This document shows, piece after piece, positions 27,384 to 36,127 of a stretch of 51,128 bases of DNA (positions within the stretch are counted from its first letter, which is position 1; each line of letters starts with the position of its first letter). Below the pieces are notes generated by a model. It was not told the origin of the DNA and ran no database searches. It saw only the letters and a list, made by a program, of their open reading frames with translations. Both the position numbers and the translations under genes were made by a program. The DNA lies in contig CAIWKC010000144.1 in NCBI GenBank assembly GCA_903913145.1, positions 1 through 51,128 on the forward strand, given 5' to 3'. The stretch is from an uncultured Gallionellaceae bacterium. GTDB taxonomy: Bacteria; Pseudomonadota; Gammaproteobacteria; Burkholderiales; Gallionellaceae.

Positions 27384-27926
27384 TCAGCTTACTTGTGGGA
27401 ATGCTGGCAATGCCATGACGTCCACTTGAGCTGCTGTCAATCCCGTAGCGCCTGTCCAGTTATCCGACACGCCCGGAATGAAGCCACCGGTAGTCACATA
27501 AGTTGAACCCGCTTTGACCACGAAGTAGGAAACCGCAGTCAATGTGTCTGGCAGGAATGGGAATTGAGGAGGAGCGGTGAAGTTACCCGACGCATCCAAG
27601 TTGGTTTGTGTACCTGTGGTTGTAGGAGAAACTGGGATCGGGCCTTGAGCCAAACCGAAGTTACCCGAAGCATCCAGCGTCCATACATACGTGCAACCTT
27701 GGTTGGCTACGATAGGCTTGAATGCCGCAGTAGTGACAACATCGGTTGTAGGTGCAGTCTGTGTAGTAACGGCCGCTTTGTAGAACAACTTACCACCAAC
27801 TACGTAAGTGATATTCTGGGTTGTGTAGGTCTTGGCAGCAGTTACACCCACCAAGTTTGCAGTCGCGCCACCTGCTCTTGAGAGAACGACGTTACCGCCG
27901 AAATCATCACCGGTTAAATTTGCCAT
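27384..27926 (-). CDS. Capsid decoration/cement-like protein, paralogue 2 (180 aa)
   Basis: It follows the major capsid gene and is followed by a strong terminator. By eye it aligns with the 170-aa neighbour (YVVGGKLFYKAAVTTQTAP versus YMLNGQIYTLASFTTQAVP; FPFLPDTLTAVSYFVV versus DLPAIPDGIVILGLYVI). Confidence 0.6.
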   Translation of the reverse strand: MANLTGDDFGGNVVLSRAGGATANLVGVTAAKTYTTQNITYVVGGKLFYKAAVTTQTAPTTDVVTTAAFKPIVANQGCTYVWTLDASGNFGLAQGPIPVSPTTTGTQTNLDASGNFTAPPQFPFLPDTLTAVSYFVVKAGSTYVTTGGFIPGVSDNWTGATGLTAAQVDVMALPAFPQVS

Positions 27927-27945
27927 TTGAAACTCCTTTTCTAAA

Positions 27946-28458
27946 TTAGATCAATGTGTACGGATAGAGAGGACCTACCGTATTGATTACTGTGGTTGTG
28001 ATACCAGCCGCATTCAGCAGAGTTGTACCCGGCGTGAATGCAGTGGCAGCAGATTGAATGACGTACAACCCGAGAATGACGATTCCATCCGGGATAGCAG
28101 GCAGATCAACCGTAGCCAATGCGTTCGCCGCCGACACAGTCGATGACGAAATATTGGATGCATAGGTTGAAATGGTTCCTGTTTTGTCTACTCCGACATA
28201 GAACGCAGCGGCATTAAATCCGGTTGCACTCAGTGCCAAAGAAGCAGGAACAGCCTGCGTCGTGAAGGAAGCCAAAGTGTAAATCTGGCCATTGAGCATA
28301 TACATCCCGGCACTACCACCAAACGTGGCGGCAGCACCAGCAGTCAATGCAGTCGAGACCAAGTTCTGTGTATTGAACAAGGACTCGAAGCAATGCATGA
28401 TCTCAATCACTTCCTGACGGTTGTAGATCGCGTTTAAGCGTTTCTTGATAATTTGCAT
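27946..28458 (-). CDS. Capsid decoration/cement-like protein, paralogue 1 (170 aa)
   Basis: AAGGAG lies 6 nt upstream of the ATG at 28458. It is immediately downstream of the major capsid gene. Confidence 0.6.
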   Translation of the reverse strand: MQIIKKRLNAIYNRQEVIEIMHCFESLFNTQNLVSTALTAGAAATFGGSAGMYMLNGQIYTLASFTTQAVPASLALSATGFNAAAFYVGVDKTGTISTYASNISSSTVSAANALATVDLPAIPDGIVILGLYVIQSAATAFTPGTTLLNAAGITTTVINTVGPLYPYTLI

Positions 28459-28477
28459 GATTACTCCTTAATCAAGA

Positions 28478-29533
28478 TTAGAGGGCAGTGATGCCTGCCT
28501 CTAGACGAGTCATCCACGCATCATTCAAACGTACTGCGTTAAACCATGTCGAAGCCCCAACATAACCAAACATGTTGAGTGGGTTAGCGTGGTTCGTGGT
28601 CTTGGATGACAACAGAGTAGGAGAAATCGCGTTCATACCCTTCAATGCAACTTGACCCCATGCCGACTCGCCCACGATCAGGAATGGATACACGTCAACT
28701 GCAGCACCACCGATGGATACGCAACCGTTGGTAGTGGCAGAGCCAGCCGCTGTGAATGGAGACAACAATGGAGAAGTGATGAAGCGGAACTGTTCAACAG
28801 CACCGATTTCACGGTCATGGATTGGTTTGAAGTTACCGTACTCTTCCAATTTGGTGAAGCCGGGCAAGTTGCGTGTGTCAGCTTCTGCATCTGTGTGTAC
28901 AAATACAATGTACGCAGGTTGCACGGCACGAACACCGAAATCTACTCCGGGAGCAATACGCTGAGTGATACGACGCGCGCGGTTAGACTCCAGAACACGC
29001 ACAGCTTGACGCAAGCGGTTCAGAGAGATTGGCACGTTCACGCCGGCACGGGTTGAGCCGTTAGCGTAGATCACCGAAGTACCGGCTTTCAATACACCGT
29101 AGCGAACCAGCTCCAAGATTTCACCCATGGTTTCACCAACCAATTTGGTCATCTCGCCGGGAACGTCATCCTCGTACAAATTCTCAACTTTGCTGGAGAA
29201 CTTGAAAAGCACACCGAAGTTCTGCAAAGTAACTGAGACGTCTTGGAAAGAAATCGTATTGCTGTTAGGTGTGACACCTTCCGACAACACGAAGTTATTC
29301 GCGGTGATTTGTGGTGTGCCTACATACTGAGAGTTGGAAATACCGGAACCTGCTGTGGAAGCGCCGAAAGGCAACGTGCGACGGAATACCAAAGTGTCGG
29401 TTGCGTTTTGTGGCATTTCTTTTTGCTCGCCGAAATCACCAAGTACGATGATTGGCTGGGCGTGTTCCAGCATGCCTTGTGCCGCACGGATAAGGTTCCG
29501 TGACTGGGGGATGTTATAGCCTTGTGATGCCAT
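28478..29533 (-). CDS. Major capsid protein (351 aa)
   Basis: It sits after the scaffold gene and has a typical size. MASQGYNIPQSRNLIRAAQGMLEHAQP ... is typical of podovirus HK97-fold capsid proteins. Confidence 0.8.
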   Translation of the reverse strand: MASQGYNIPQSRNLIRAAQGMLEHAQPIIVLGDFGEQKEMPQNATDTLVFRRTLPFGASTAGSGISNSQYVGTPQITANNFVLSEGVTPNSNTISFQDVSVTLQNFGVLFKFSSKVENLYEDDVPGEMTKLVGETMGEILELVRYGVLKAGTSVIYANGSTRAGVNVPISLNRLRQAVRVLESNRARRITQRIAPGVDFGVRAVQPAYIVFVHTDAEADTRNLPGFTKLEEYGNFKPIHDREIGAVEQFRFITSPLLSPFTAAGSATTNGCVSIGGAAVDVYPFLIVGESAWGQVALKGMNAISPTLLSSKTTNHANPLNMFGYVGASTWFNAVRLNDAWMTRLEAGITAL

Positions 29534-29556
29534 GTTAATACTCCTTTAATTTGGGT

Positions 29557-30411
29557 TTAGCGGTTACGCTTCTCCCGCGCGCGTTTCTCATATTCCCAAC
29601 GCTCATTCGCATTCATGTCTTCCCATGACTTCTGAGTGGTGGGTTGTTTGGTAACGCCCTTCGGGGTGCCGGTGGCCGCATTGAGAACAGACTTACGCTG
29701 TTCGATAATTTGATTGACTGGGTTGTTTTCTCGGTGAGTGTCGTAAGCCTTTAACATCTTGGCCGCATCGCCTACTTTCGTAGAGGCTGCGAGTGCCTTG
29801 ATCTCATCGGGCTGGGTTGACATCCACTTGCTAAACGTCTCCGTTTTTACTTCGTCTTTCCAGTTGGGCAATACGACATCCAAAGCGCTGTCGATAATCT
29901 CTTGACGCACAGCATCTGTTTCGCCCTTGAGTTGCGCCTTGATCTCGGCTTCAAACGCTTTCGCGTCGAACTGCGGCGATGCAGGTATGCGTGACTCAAC
30001 AAACTTTTCGATGCCTACGGCCCATTCGGGGTAATCATTCTTCAGGTCTTTCCACTCGGACGGATTCTCAATGGCCTGTTTAACTTCGTCGGTCGTCGGA
30101 GCTTTCGTCCCCTTGTCGGCCACTTGCTTGCTGGCTTCCAACAGGGCTTTGATCTCTTTCGTGGACGAGTTCAGACTGCCAATGTGACCCTCGACATTTC
30201 TGACACGTCCGACCAACTTTTCAATGTCGGCCATCTTGTCGGTTAATGTCTTCAGTGGATCAGGTGTTTCCACAACTTCCGGAGCAGGCGTTTCCGTCTT
30301 GGCGGCAGGTTGTTCAACCGGTTTCTCAACAGGTTTGGAAGTGTTACCTTCACGTTCTGCGGCTATTTCATTCCAGAGTGACTGTGTATCTACCTTGACT
30401 TCTGCGTTCAT
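29557..30411 (-). CDS. Scaffolding protein (284 aa)
   Basis: E/K/A-rich helical protein immediately upstream of the capsid gene. Confidence 0.7.
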   Translation of the reverse strand: MNAEVKVDTQSLWNEIAAEREGNTSKPVEKPVEQPAAKTETPAPEVVETPDPLKTLTDKMADIEKLVGRVRNVEGHIGSLNSSTKEIKALLEASKQVADKGTKAPTTDEVKQAIENPSEWKDLKNDYPEWAVGIEKFVESRIPASPQFDAKAFEAEIKAQLKGETDAVRQEIIDSALDVVLPNWKDEVKTETFSKWMSTQPDEIKALAASTKVGDAAKMLKAYDTHRENNPVNQIIEQRKSVLNAATGTPKGVTKQPTTQKSWEDMNANERWEYEKRAREKRNR

Positions 30412-30437
30412 GAATATCCTTCGGTTAGTTTCTAGCC

Positions 30438-30463
30438 AATAAAAAAGCCCACGTGAGTGAGCT
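30438..30463 (-). terminator. Rho-independent terminator (minus strand)
   Basis: The minus-strand RNA reads AGCUCAC-UCAC-GUGGGCU followed by UUUUUUAUU. Confidence 0.65.
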
Positions 30464-30492
30464 AATGTTTTTGACTACTGAGTGAATGCGTC

Positions 30493-30681
30493 CTATTCGG
30501 AGGCGTTCGTCCATACCGGTGGAGGCAGATTTTCCATCTCGACCAGCAATGCTTTGAGTTCCGCGATACGACCGCGCAGAACAGGCGTCTCGATATCAGT
30601 TGTATCAAGTGCCTCTAATTTAATTCGGTGTGTTTCCAAACGCCGTAATGTGTATGCTTTGACATCACTGAGTGCGTTCAT
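30493..30681 (-). CDS. Hypothetical protein (62 aa)
   Basis: Small helical ORF between the 128-aa gene and the terminator. Confidence 0.55.
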   Translation of the reverse strand: MNALSDVKAYTLRRLETHRIKLEALDTTDIETPVLRGRIAELKALLVEMENLPPPVWTNASE

Positions 30682-30684
30682 TGA

Positions 30685-31071
30685 TTAGAAATGTGAACCG
30701 GCCAAATCACTTCTGTGTAAAGCACAAGTGATCGTAATCGCAGCTCCACCAGTTCCTGCCGACAGACGAGGACGCACATAAGCGGGTTTATCCTGAGAAG
30801 TTAAAACACCCGCAGCGGTGAATGGAGTCGACACACCTTGACGGTTCGACAACGGCTGCCAATCACCCAACACGATATCGTTACATCCCTCAATCACGAC
30901 AGTAGGTGTGCCGGTAAACGTACCGGTAACGATGAATGTCTTGTCACCGTAAGCCGCGAAGGATTGAGCATCACCCACATCACCCGAAGCTGCCAAGGGT
31001 GTCCACTTCAATACGAAGACTGAATCGTCCGGGGTGATACCTTTGTTAAGCGTTGCGTTAATTGTGGCCAC
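30685..31071 (-). CDS. Hypothetical small beta-rich protein (128 aa)
   Basis: ORF 2 nt downstream of the portal stop. Confidence 0.7.
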   Translation of the reverse strand: MATINATLNKGITPDDSVFVLKWTPLAASGDVGDAQSFAAYGDKTFIVTGTFTGTPTVVIEGCNDIVLGDWQPLSNRQGVSTPFTAAGVLTSQDKPAYVRPRLSAGTGGAAITITCALHRSDLAGSHF

Positions 31072-31073
31072 TG

Positions 31074-33635
31074 TTATGCTCCTTGAGTGTCAGCCTCTAA
31101 CGGCTGATTGAGTTGATTCAAATTTGATTGGTGAGTCAGCGTGTTCAGTTCGTGCATGCGATCTTTGTGGCCTTCAGATTGTTTCAAAGCCAACTCAGTT
31201 GCTGCCAATTCACGCTTGGTTCTTTCGATCATTGCGGTCTTGGCCAATTCAGCCTGAACTTCCTGCAGTGACATTTTTTGTTCATGCGCATATTGCAACA
31301 TGGCCAGTTGAAGTTGATCCTGACGCTCTTGCGCCTTGGCTTCATTGTTCATCTGAGTTTGCTGTGTCTTCGCTTGTGCATCGGCTTGAGCCATTTCAGA
31401 TTCTGCTTGAGCATACTGAATTTCACCGGCCACACGCGCTTGAGCAATCTGTTGTTGCGCCCCCGCTCTGATTTGAGCCACTTGCAATTGCGCCTGAGCT
31501 TTAACTTGTTCCGGAGTTGCTTGAGCAGGCTGATCCTGAATCTGGGCAATCTCCGCATCCGTCTTCATGATGTCGGTCGGATCGATGTGTTGCAGTTTCA
31601 GAACTTGCTTGAACCAGTTTTCCCAGTTGACGAACGGACCGATGACACCCGATCCTTGATACTGACCCAACTGAAGTAAACTTTGAGCTTGGAGATCACG
31701 AACCAGTAACGCCGATGACCCTCGAGCATCCACTTGGAAATCGCCTTTGATTCCAGGCTTATCCGAGTACGCCATGTTCCAATCATAATATCGACGTAGA
31801 TGTGGCCTTGTGATGCAATCGTCATATTGTTTAACCATTCTCGACAAAACCACATTGGATGAGTTCATCAGAATCGTAATTCCACCCACTGTGTCCGGAG
31901 CGTTACCCTTTTCCCCTTGATTGATCGCAGGAATAGAAGCTTCCTCATCAGCGAACTTCATCGCCAAATCGATTATTTGTTGTATCTCTTGACCGTGATT
32001 ATTGATATCAATCGAAGCAAACGCATCTTTAGGATTGACAGTATCGTCACACAGCCAAATTTTTCGACCGGTGATCTCCCACTGTTTATCAGCAGGTTCA
32101 ATCCCTCTGCGCTTGATGAAAATCTGTGGACCCACTGAGAGTCCGGAGTTGTCCATCAACTGACGCCACGCCGCATTCAACGCACGTTGAGCAGGGCGCA
32201 TGAGGAAAGGCACACCGTAACCCCATGGACTGCCGTCGACCGCTTCCCATGGCAGGAAATCGTAGGGAATATCACCCGTTTCAAGAGGATTCAAGAATCC
32301 TTTGATCACTACATCATTCACGAAGATCACACATCCGGATAATGAATGAACTGAACTGTCTGGAATATCTACGCCGGCAAGTCTTAAATCTTCCGGAGAG
32401 AACTCACCCCAGTATTCCCAAATCTGATAGTGATCTTTATCGTGAGTTGGAGGCGTGTTTTCATCGTGTTGCTTCTGATCCGCTTCACTCAAGTATGGAT
32501 TGGGATTCGGTCCCATCTCCAATACTTTCGAAATCTGTTCTTTCAAATATCCGGGCTGATTCGCCAACTCTCTTAATTGTTTCGCAGTCACATCGCGGTA
32601 TTCGTAAATGCCTCGACCGTTATGCACATCTGAACCACACGATGGATCAGGGAATACATTCCACGGACTCACAGCTTCTGAAGCGGGTTTCTTCTCCTCG
32701 ACAATCTCGAGAATATAAACACCGTCTTTATCCTGACCATCTGCGGGTTGCCATGCTTTACGGGTACAATTAACTACAATCGGCCCCTTCAATATTCCCG
32801 TACCTAAAACAGCCGAGTGGTGAATTAATTTTCTACCCTCGCCGTTAAACTGACAATCAATCAACTGATCATCAATCTCGTTCTGCATTGCGTTACATCT
32901 TTCGGTCGCCTCTTGTAGCTGGGCAGTCGCAGTCGCTTGCTCTTGTTGATGCGCCTGAATCATTCCCTGACCAACAGGGTTGTTTGCTACGCCATTCGCA
33001 GGAGCAGGCATACCCGGTGCCACGATCTGTGGTGGCATTCCCGGTGCAACTGGAGGAGCATTACTTGGTTGCTGAGTAACCGGAGGTGTCGTTCCCGGTA
33101 ATTGTTGTGGTTGCTGTTGCGCAGCTGGAGCGGGTTGAGGAGACTGATCAGGCTGTTGAGCCTGCGGTGCAGCTTGTGCCGCCATTGCCTTTGCTTCAGC
33201 AATAGCCGCTTTGGTTAACTCTGGAGACGGAGCGGGGATCATTCCCCAATTTCTGTCGTCCGATGGGAACAACATATTTGCAAGACGAGCTTCAACAGAA
33301 TTAGTCTTCGGTCTGGTAATATTTACATAGAGTGTAGAGCGCTGTGGCTTGGCATCTTTGTTCGTGATTGGATAGCCTTGTTCGGCTGAGTCCATCATTG
33401 AAGCGGCATGTTTAGTAGCTCTGTCTCGACCGTGATACTGATCGAGGTCTTCCATCCACCTCTTCTCAATTCCACTTGCACGTTTGGCCTGAACCCAACT
33501 GTCTTTGCGCTCGGCCAAACTCTGACCTAAAGCCTGCAGTTTTTCTTCGTCAATCATTGCCATTTCATGAGCGGTTTCCGGATCATCTGGCATAGGCTCA
33601 CCTGCCGAGATTATTCCAGCACTCATTTCAATCAT
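31074..33635 (-). CDS. Portal protein (853 aa) with P/Q-rich insert and long Q/A-rich C-terminal coiled coil
   Basis: Assigned from size, position upstream of scaffold and capsid, GAAGG RBS, and a C-terminal helical barrel-like Q/A-rich tail. Confidence 0.8.
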   Translation of the reverse strand: MIEMSAGIISAGEPMPDDPETAHEMAMIDEEKLQALGQSLAERKDSWVQAKRASGIEKRWMEDLDQYHGRDRATKHAASMMDSAEQGYPITNKDAKPQRSTLYVNITRPKTNSVEARLANMLFPSDDRNWGMIPAPSPELTKAAIAEAKAMAAQAAPQAQQPDQSPQPAPAAQQQPQQLPGTTPPVTQQPSNAPPVAPGMPPQIVAPGMPAPANGVANNPVGQGMIQAHQQEQATATAQLQEATERCNAMQNEIDDQLIDCQFNGEGRKLIHHSAVLGTGILKGPIVVNCTRKAWQPADGQDKDGVYILEIVEEKKPASEAVSPWNVFPDPSCGSDVHNGRGIYEYRDVTAKQLRELANQPGYLKEQISKVLEMGPNPNPYLSEADQKQHDENTPPTHDKDHYQIWEYWGEFSPEDLRLAGVDIPDSSVHSLSGCVIFVNDVVIKGFLNPLETGDIPYDFLPWEAVDGSPWGYGVPFLMRPAQRALNAAWRQLMDNSGLSVGPQIFIKRRGIEPADKQWEITGRKIWLCDDTVNPKDAFASIDINNHGQEIQQIIDLAMKFADEEASIPAINQGEKGNAPDTVGGITILMNSSNVVLSRMVKQYDDCITRPHLRRYYDWNMAYSDKPGIKGDFQVDARGSSALLVRDLQAQSLLQLGQYQGSGVIGPFVNWENWFKQVLKLQHIDPTDIMKTDAEIAQIQDQPAQATPEQVKAQAQLQVAQIRAGAQQQIAQARVAGEIQYAQAESEMAQADAQAKTQQTQMNNEAKAQERQDQLQLAMLQYAHEQKMSLQEVQAELAKTAMIERTKRELAATELALKQSEGHKDRMHELNTLTHQSNLNQLNQPLEADTQGA

Positions 33636-33651
33636 GTGTTTCCTTCAGTCG

Positions 33652-33672
33652 TAAAAAAAGCCCCGAAGGGCT
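33652..33672 (-). terminator. Rho-independent terminator (minus strand) between the tailspike cassette and portal
   Basis: The minus-strand RNA reads AGCCC-UUCG-GGGCU followed by UUUUUUU. Confidence 0.75.
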
Positions 33673-33776
33673 GTTAATTCTATCTACCCATACGGGCTTA
33701 AATTGGGGGCTGTATATTTTTAATATCTTTTTCGATTTCATTTTTGGTTTACCCAACATCTGGAACGGAGTGAAGA

Positions 33777-33822
33777 TGCAATACTTGTTTTTGGGTTAGG
33801 TTGATTGGTTATGCTTCGTTGG
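33777..33822. repeat. 46-nt conserved element 3-prime of tailspike B (copy 2 of 2)
   Basis: atgcaatacttgtttttgggttaggttgattggTtatgcttcgtt matches 36047-36092 with 1 mismatch. Confidence 0.95.
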
Positions 33823-33837
33823 TTAAATGGCTTGGAG

Positions 33838-36033
33838 TTAGAATGGCGCTACCAATTCCGCTATCCAATACATCGTTCCACCTGCGGTAATCGCTGCCGT
33901 GCATTTCAATATGCCACCATTCGCCGCAACAGTTGCCGTTGTCTTGGCTGCTATATTGTTAAATGTTTGAGTGCCGTTAGTGGCTACTGTTAATACTGAG
34001 GTTGATGCGTTACTGAAATAGAAGGGCATTCCAATATAAGTTTGTGAAGAGTTTGTATTTGTTATTGTTGGAAGTGTAATTGTACATATTCCTGCTCCGT
34101 TATAAACCCACCAACCACCTCCTGTAGGGGCTTGAGCAGTTACCGTGTCATTGGTATTCATCAGCATACCAACTGGGAGCATAGATTTTAACCAAGCATT
34201 AGAAGATCCTGAAGAATACGCGCCAATTAAACCCGGAGTTGTTTGTGTGAGTGTTTCATGGAAACTCCCGACTATGCAGCCATCGTTTGCTCCAAAATAC
34301 CCACTTCTAAATACTCCTGTACCGGGCGCAGAATAAAGTCCAACTGAATGGCTTAGATAACCTCTAACTGTAACAGATGATGACCCTTGAAAATCTGTAG
34401 TAAGTTGTGTTGATGAACTATCTAATAGTAAACCGCCTCCTATTGTAAGAATGCTTCTTCCGCATACAGAAACAAAGTTGCTTGCATTTGCAACTTCACG
34501 TATTGCAACCGAACCATAACAACTTTGCAGCAGAATACCTACCGTGCTTGGACCTTCTATATCAACAGAATTTAAGTCAAAATTCGGCACTTGACCCGTG
34601 CCTAGTCCAACCACTTCTATGTTGGCATAACCCCAACTATTTATTACGAAAGGAGAGGTAGAGTTCGAAGATTGCGCGGCCCCTCCTTTAGTTAAGGAAA
34701 TTTGTAAGTTAGTTCCGTTATTTGACACAACAAAATAAGTTGTGTTTGTTAAAAATCCATTAGGATTATTTATTGTTGTAATGAACAAAGGCATATCAAC
34801 AAGGAAACTTGCCAAAGGAGAACCAGAAGTATAAGTAATATTAGCACTACTTGCTGTAGCAGCCACCGTGGTAGTTATTTCTACATCGCTGTTATAGTTA
34901 TTGCATTGAACCTTCCATACGGAAATTTGATTTAAATAGGAACCGTTTAAAGCTGTAAATATAATATTTCTACTTGTCATATTTGCACCAGATTGGGAAT
35001 CTGATGTATGAAATATGTTTGAAAAATTACAATTTCCCCATTGCAGCGTAGTGTATGGATAATCAGATGCCCACCACTGTCCATCTCCTCCCCATGTATA
35101 AATATTATTTACTTCAATATGTGCGAAATTTGTTATATCTAGGCACCTATAATTTATATTCCCATTTACAAAAATATTAGTCAGTTGACTGTAAGCAATT
35201 CCACATGTATTTGTGGCTCCTATTTTAATTGCAGTATTAACATTATTAAATGCTATATTGCTTATCTGAAAACCTGTGTTTAATTCATTCATTAGCCCTT
35301 GAGACACACCACCATTAATTGTCCCAGTTCCAGTTGCCGTTATTGATGCAAACGTAGCTGCTGTTGTATTGATTCCGTCAGGTAGAGCCAAAGATATGTG
35401 AGTAGAATCTATTACCTGTAGAAAATAGGGTATTCCTGCATAGAATCCATTTGCGGTTGAGGTAACATAAGCTCTTGCTCCATTAGTGAAGAGCGCAGAA
35501 TTAGTTACTTGTATTGATGAACTACCCGCAGTAAAAGTTGCATTTTGTGCGGCTATCTGTGCAACAACGCCTGCTAATGCAGTTGCTCCATCCCAGAAAC
35601 AATAATTATTTGTTCCCTGAATAACTGTGCCCCCCGACATTTTGGCATTCCCATAGTCAGTCCATATTGAATTATTAAAACCAAATTGGCTCATTACCCC
35701 AACATAACTCACTCCAGAAGTAATCGGGATATAGTTAGAGCCTAAATTGTAAACGACTGGCAATAATTGAACAACACCCCCGCCTGCCTTTAAGCAGGCA
35801 GCACGAGCAGACATTATGCCAGCCCAGTCATTTGTTGGTGGAATGAAACCAGAGAAACCAAGTGTTGCAGATGAAGATAAAGCCCCCGTCACATTCCCAC
35901 TCGCGTCTGTGCTGTAGGTGGCGAAGTTACTCGGACTGCTACTATTATTTACACCAGCACCGACAATCTGGCCAACCTGATTCGTCAGCCAATAGTCTTC
36001 CCTATCGGCAATGGGTCTGCGATCTGTTGCCAT
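33838..36033 (-). CDS. Tailspike B (731 aa), probable beta-helix depolymerase-type receptor-binding protein
   Basis: The N-terminal 40 aa are identical to tailspike A. The body has N/G/I-rich repeats typical of parallel beta-helices (ISNIAFNNVNTAIKIG ... NIFVNGNINYRCLDITNFAHIEVNN). Confidence 0.8.
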   Translation of the reverse strand: MATDRRPIADREDYWLTNQVGQIVGAGVNNSSSPSNFATYSTDASGNVTGALSSSATLGFSGFIPPTNDWAGIMSARAACLKAGGGVVQLLPVVYNLGSNYIPITSGVSYVGVMSQFGFNNSIWTDYGNAKMSGGTVIQGTNNYCFWDGATALAGVVAQIAAQNATFTAGSSSIQVTNSALFTNGARAYVTSTANGFYAGIPYFLQVIDSTHISLALPDGINTTAATFASITATGTGTINGGVSQGLMNELNTGFQISNIAFNNVNTAIKIGATNTCGIAYSQLTNIFVNGNINYRCLDITNFAHIEVNNIYTWGGDGQWWASDYPYTTLQWGNCNFSNIFHTSDSQSGANMTSRNIIFTALNGSYLNQISVWKVQCNNYNSDVEITTTVAATASSANITYTSGSPLASFLVDMPLFITTINNPNGFLTNTTYFVVSNNGTNLQISLTKGGAAQSSNSTSPFVINSWGYANIEVVGLGTGQVPNFDLNSVDIEGPSTVGILLQSCYGSVAIREVANASNFVSVCGRSILTIGGGLLLDSSSTQLTTDFQGSSSVTVRGYLSHSVGLYSAPGTGVFRSGYFGANDGCIVGSFHETLTQTTPGLIGAYSSGSSNAWLKSMLPVGMLMNTNDTVTAQAPTGGGWWVYNGAGICTITLPTITNTNSSQTYIGMPFYFSNASTSVLTVATNGTQTFNNIAAKTTATVAANGGILKCTAAITAGGTMYWIAELVAPF

Positions 36034-36046
36034 ATTTATCCTTTAA

Positions 36047-36092
36047 ATGCAATACTTGTTTTTGGGTTAGGTTGATTGGCTATGCTTCGTTT
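36047..36092. repeat. 46-nt conserved element 3-prime of tailspike A (copy 1 of 2)
   Basis: See 33777-33822. Confidence 0.95.
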
Positions 36093-36127
36093 GCCATTTA
36101 TATGTTGTCCATTTGGGGCTTTCATGG

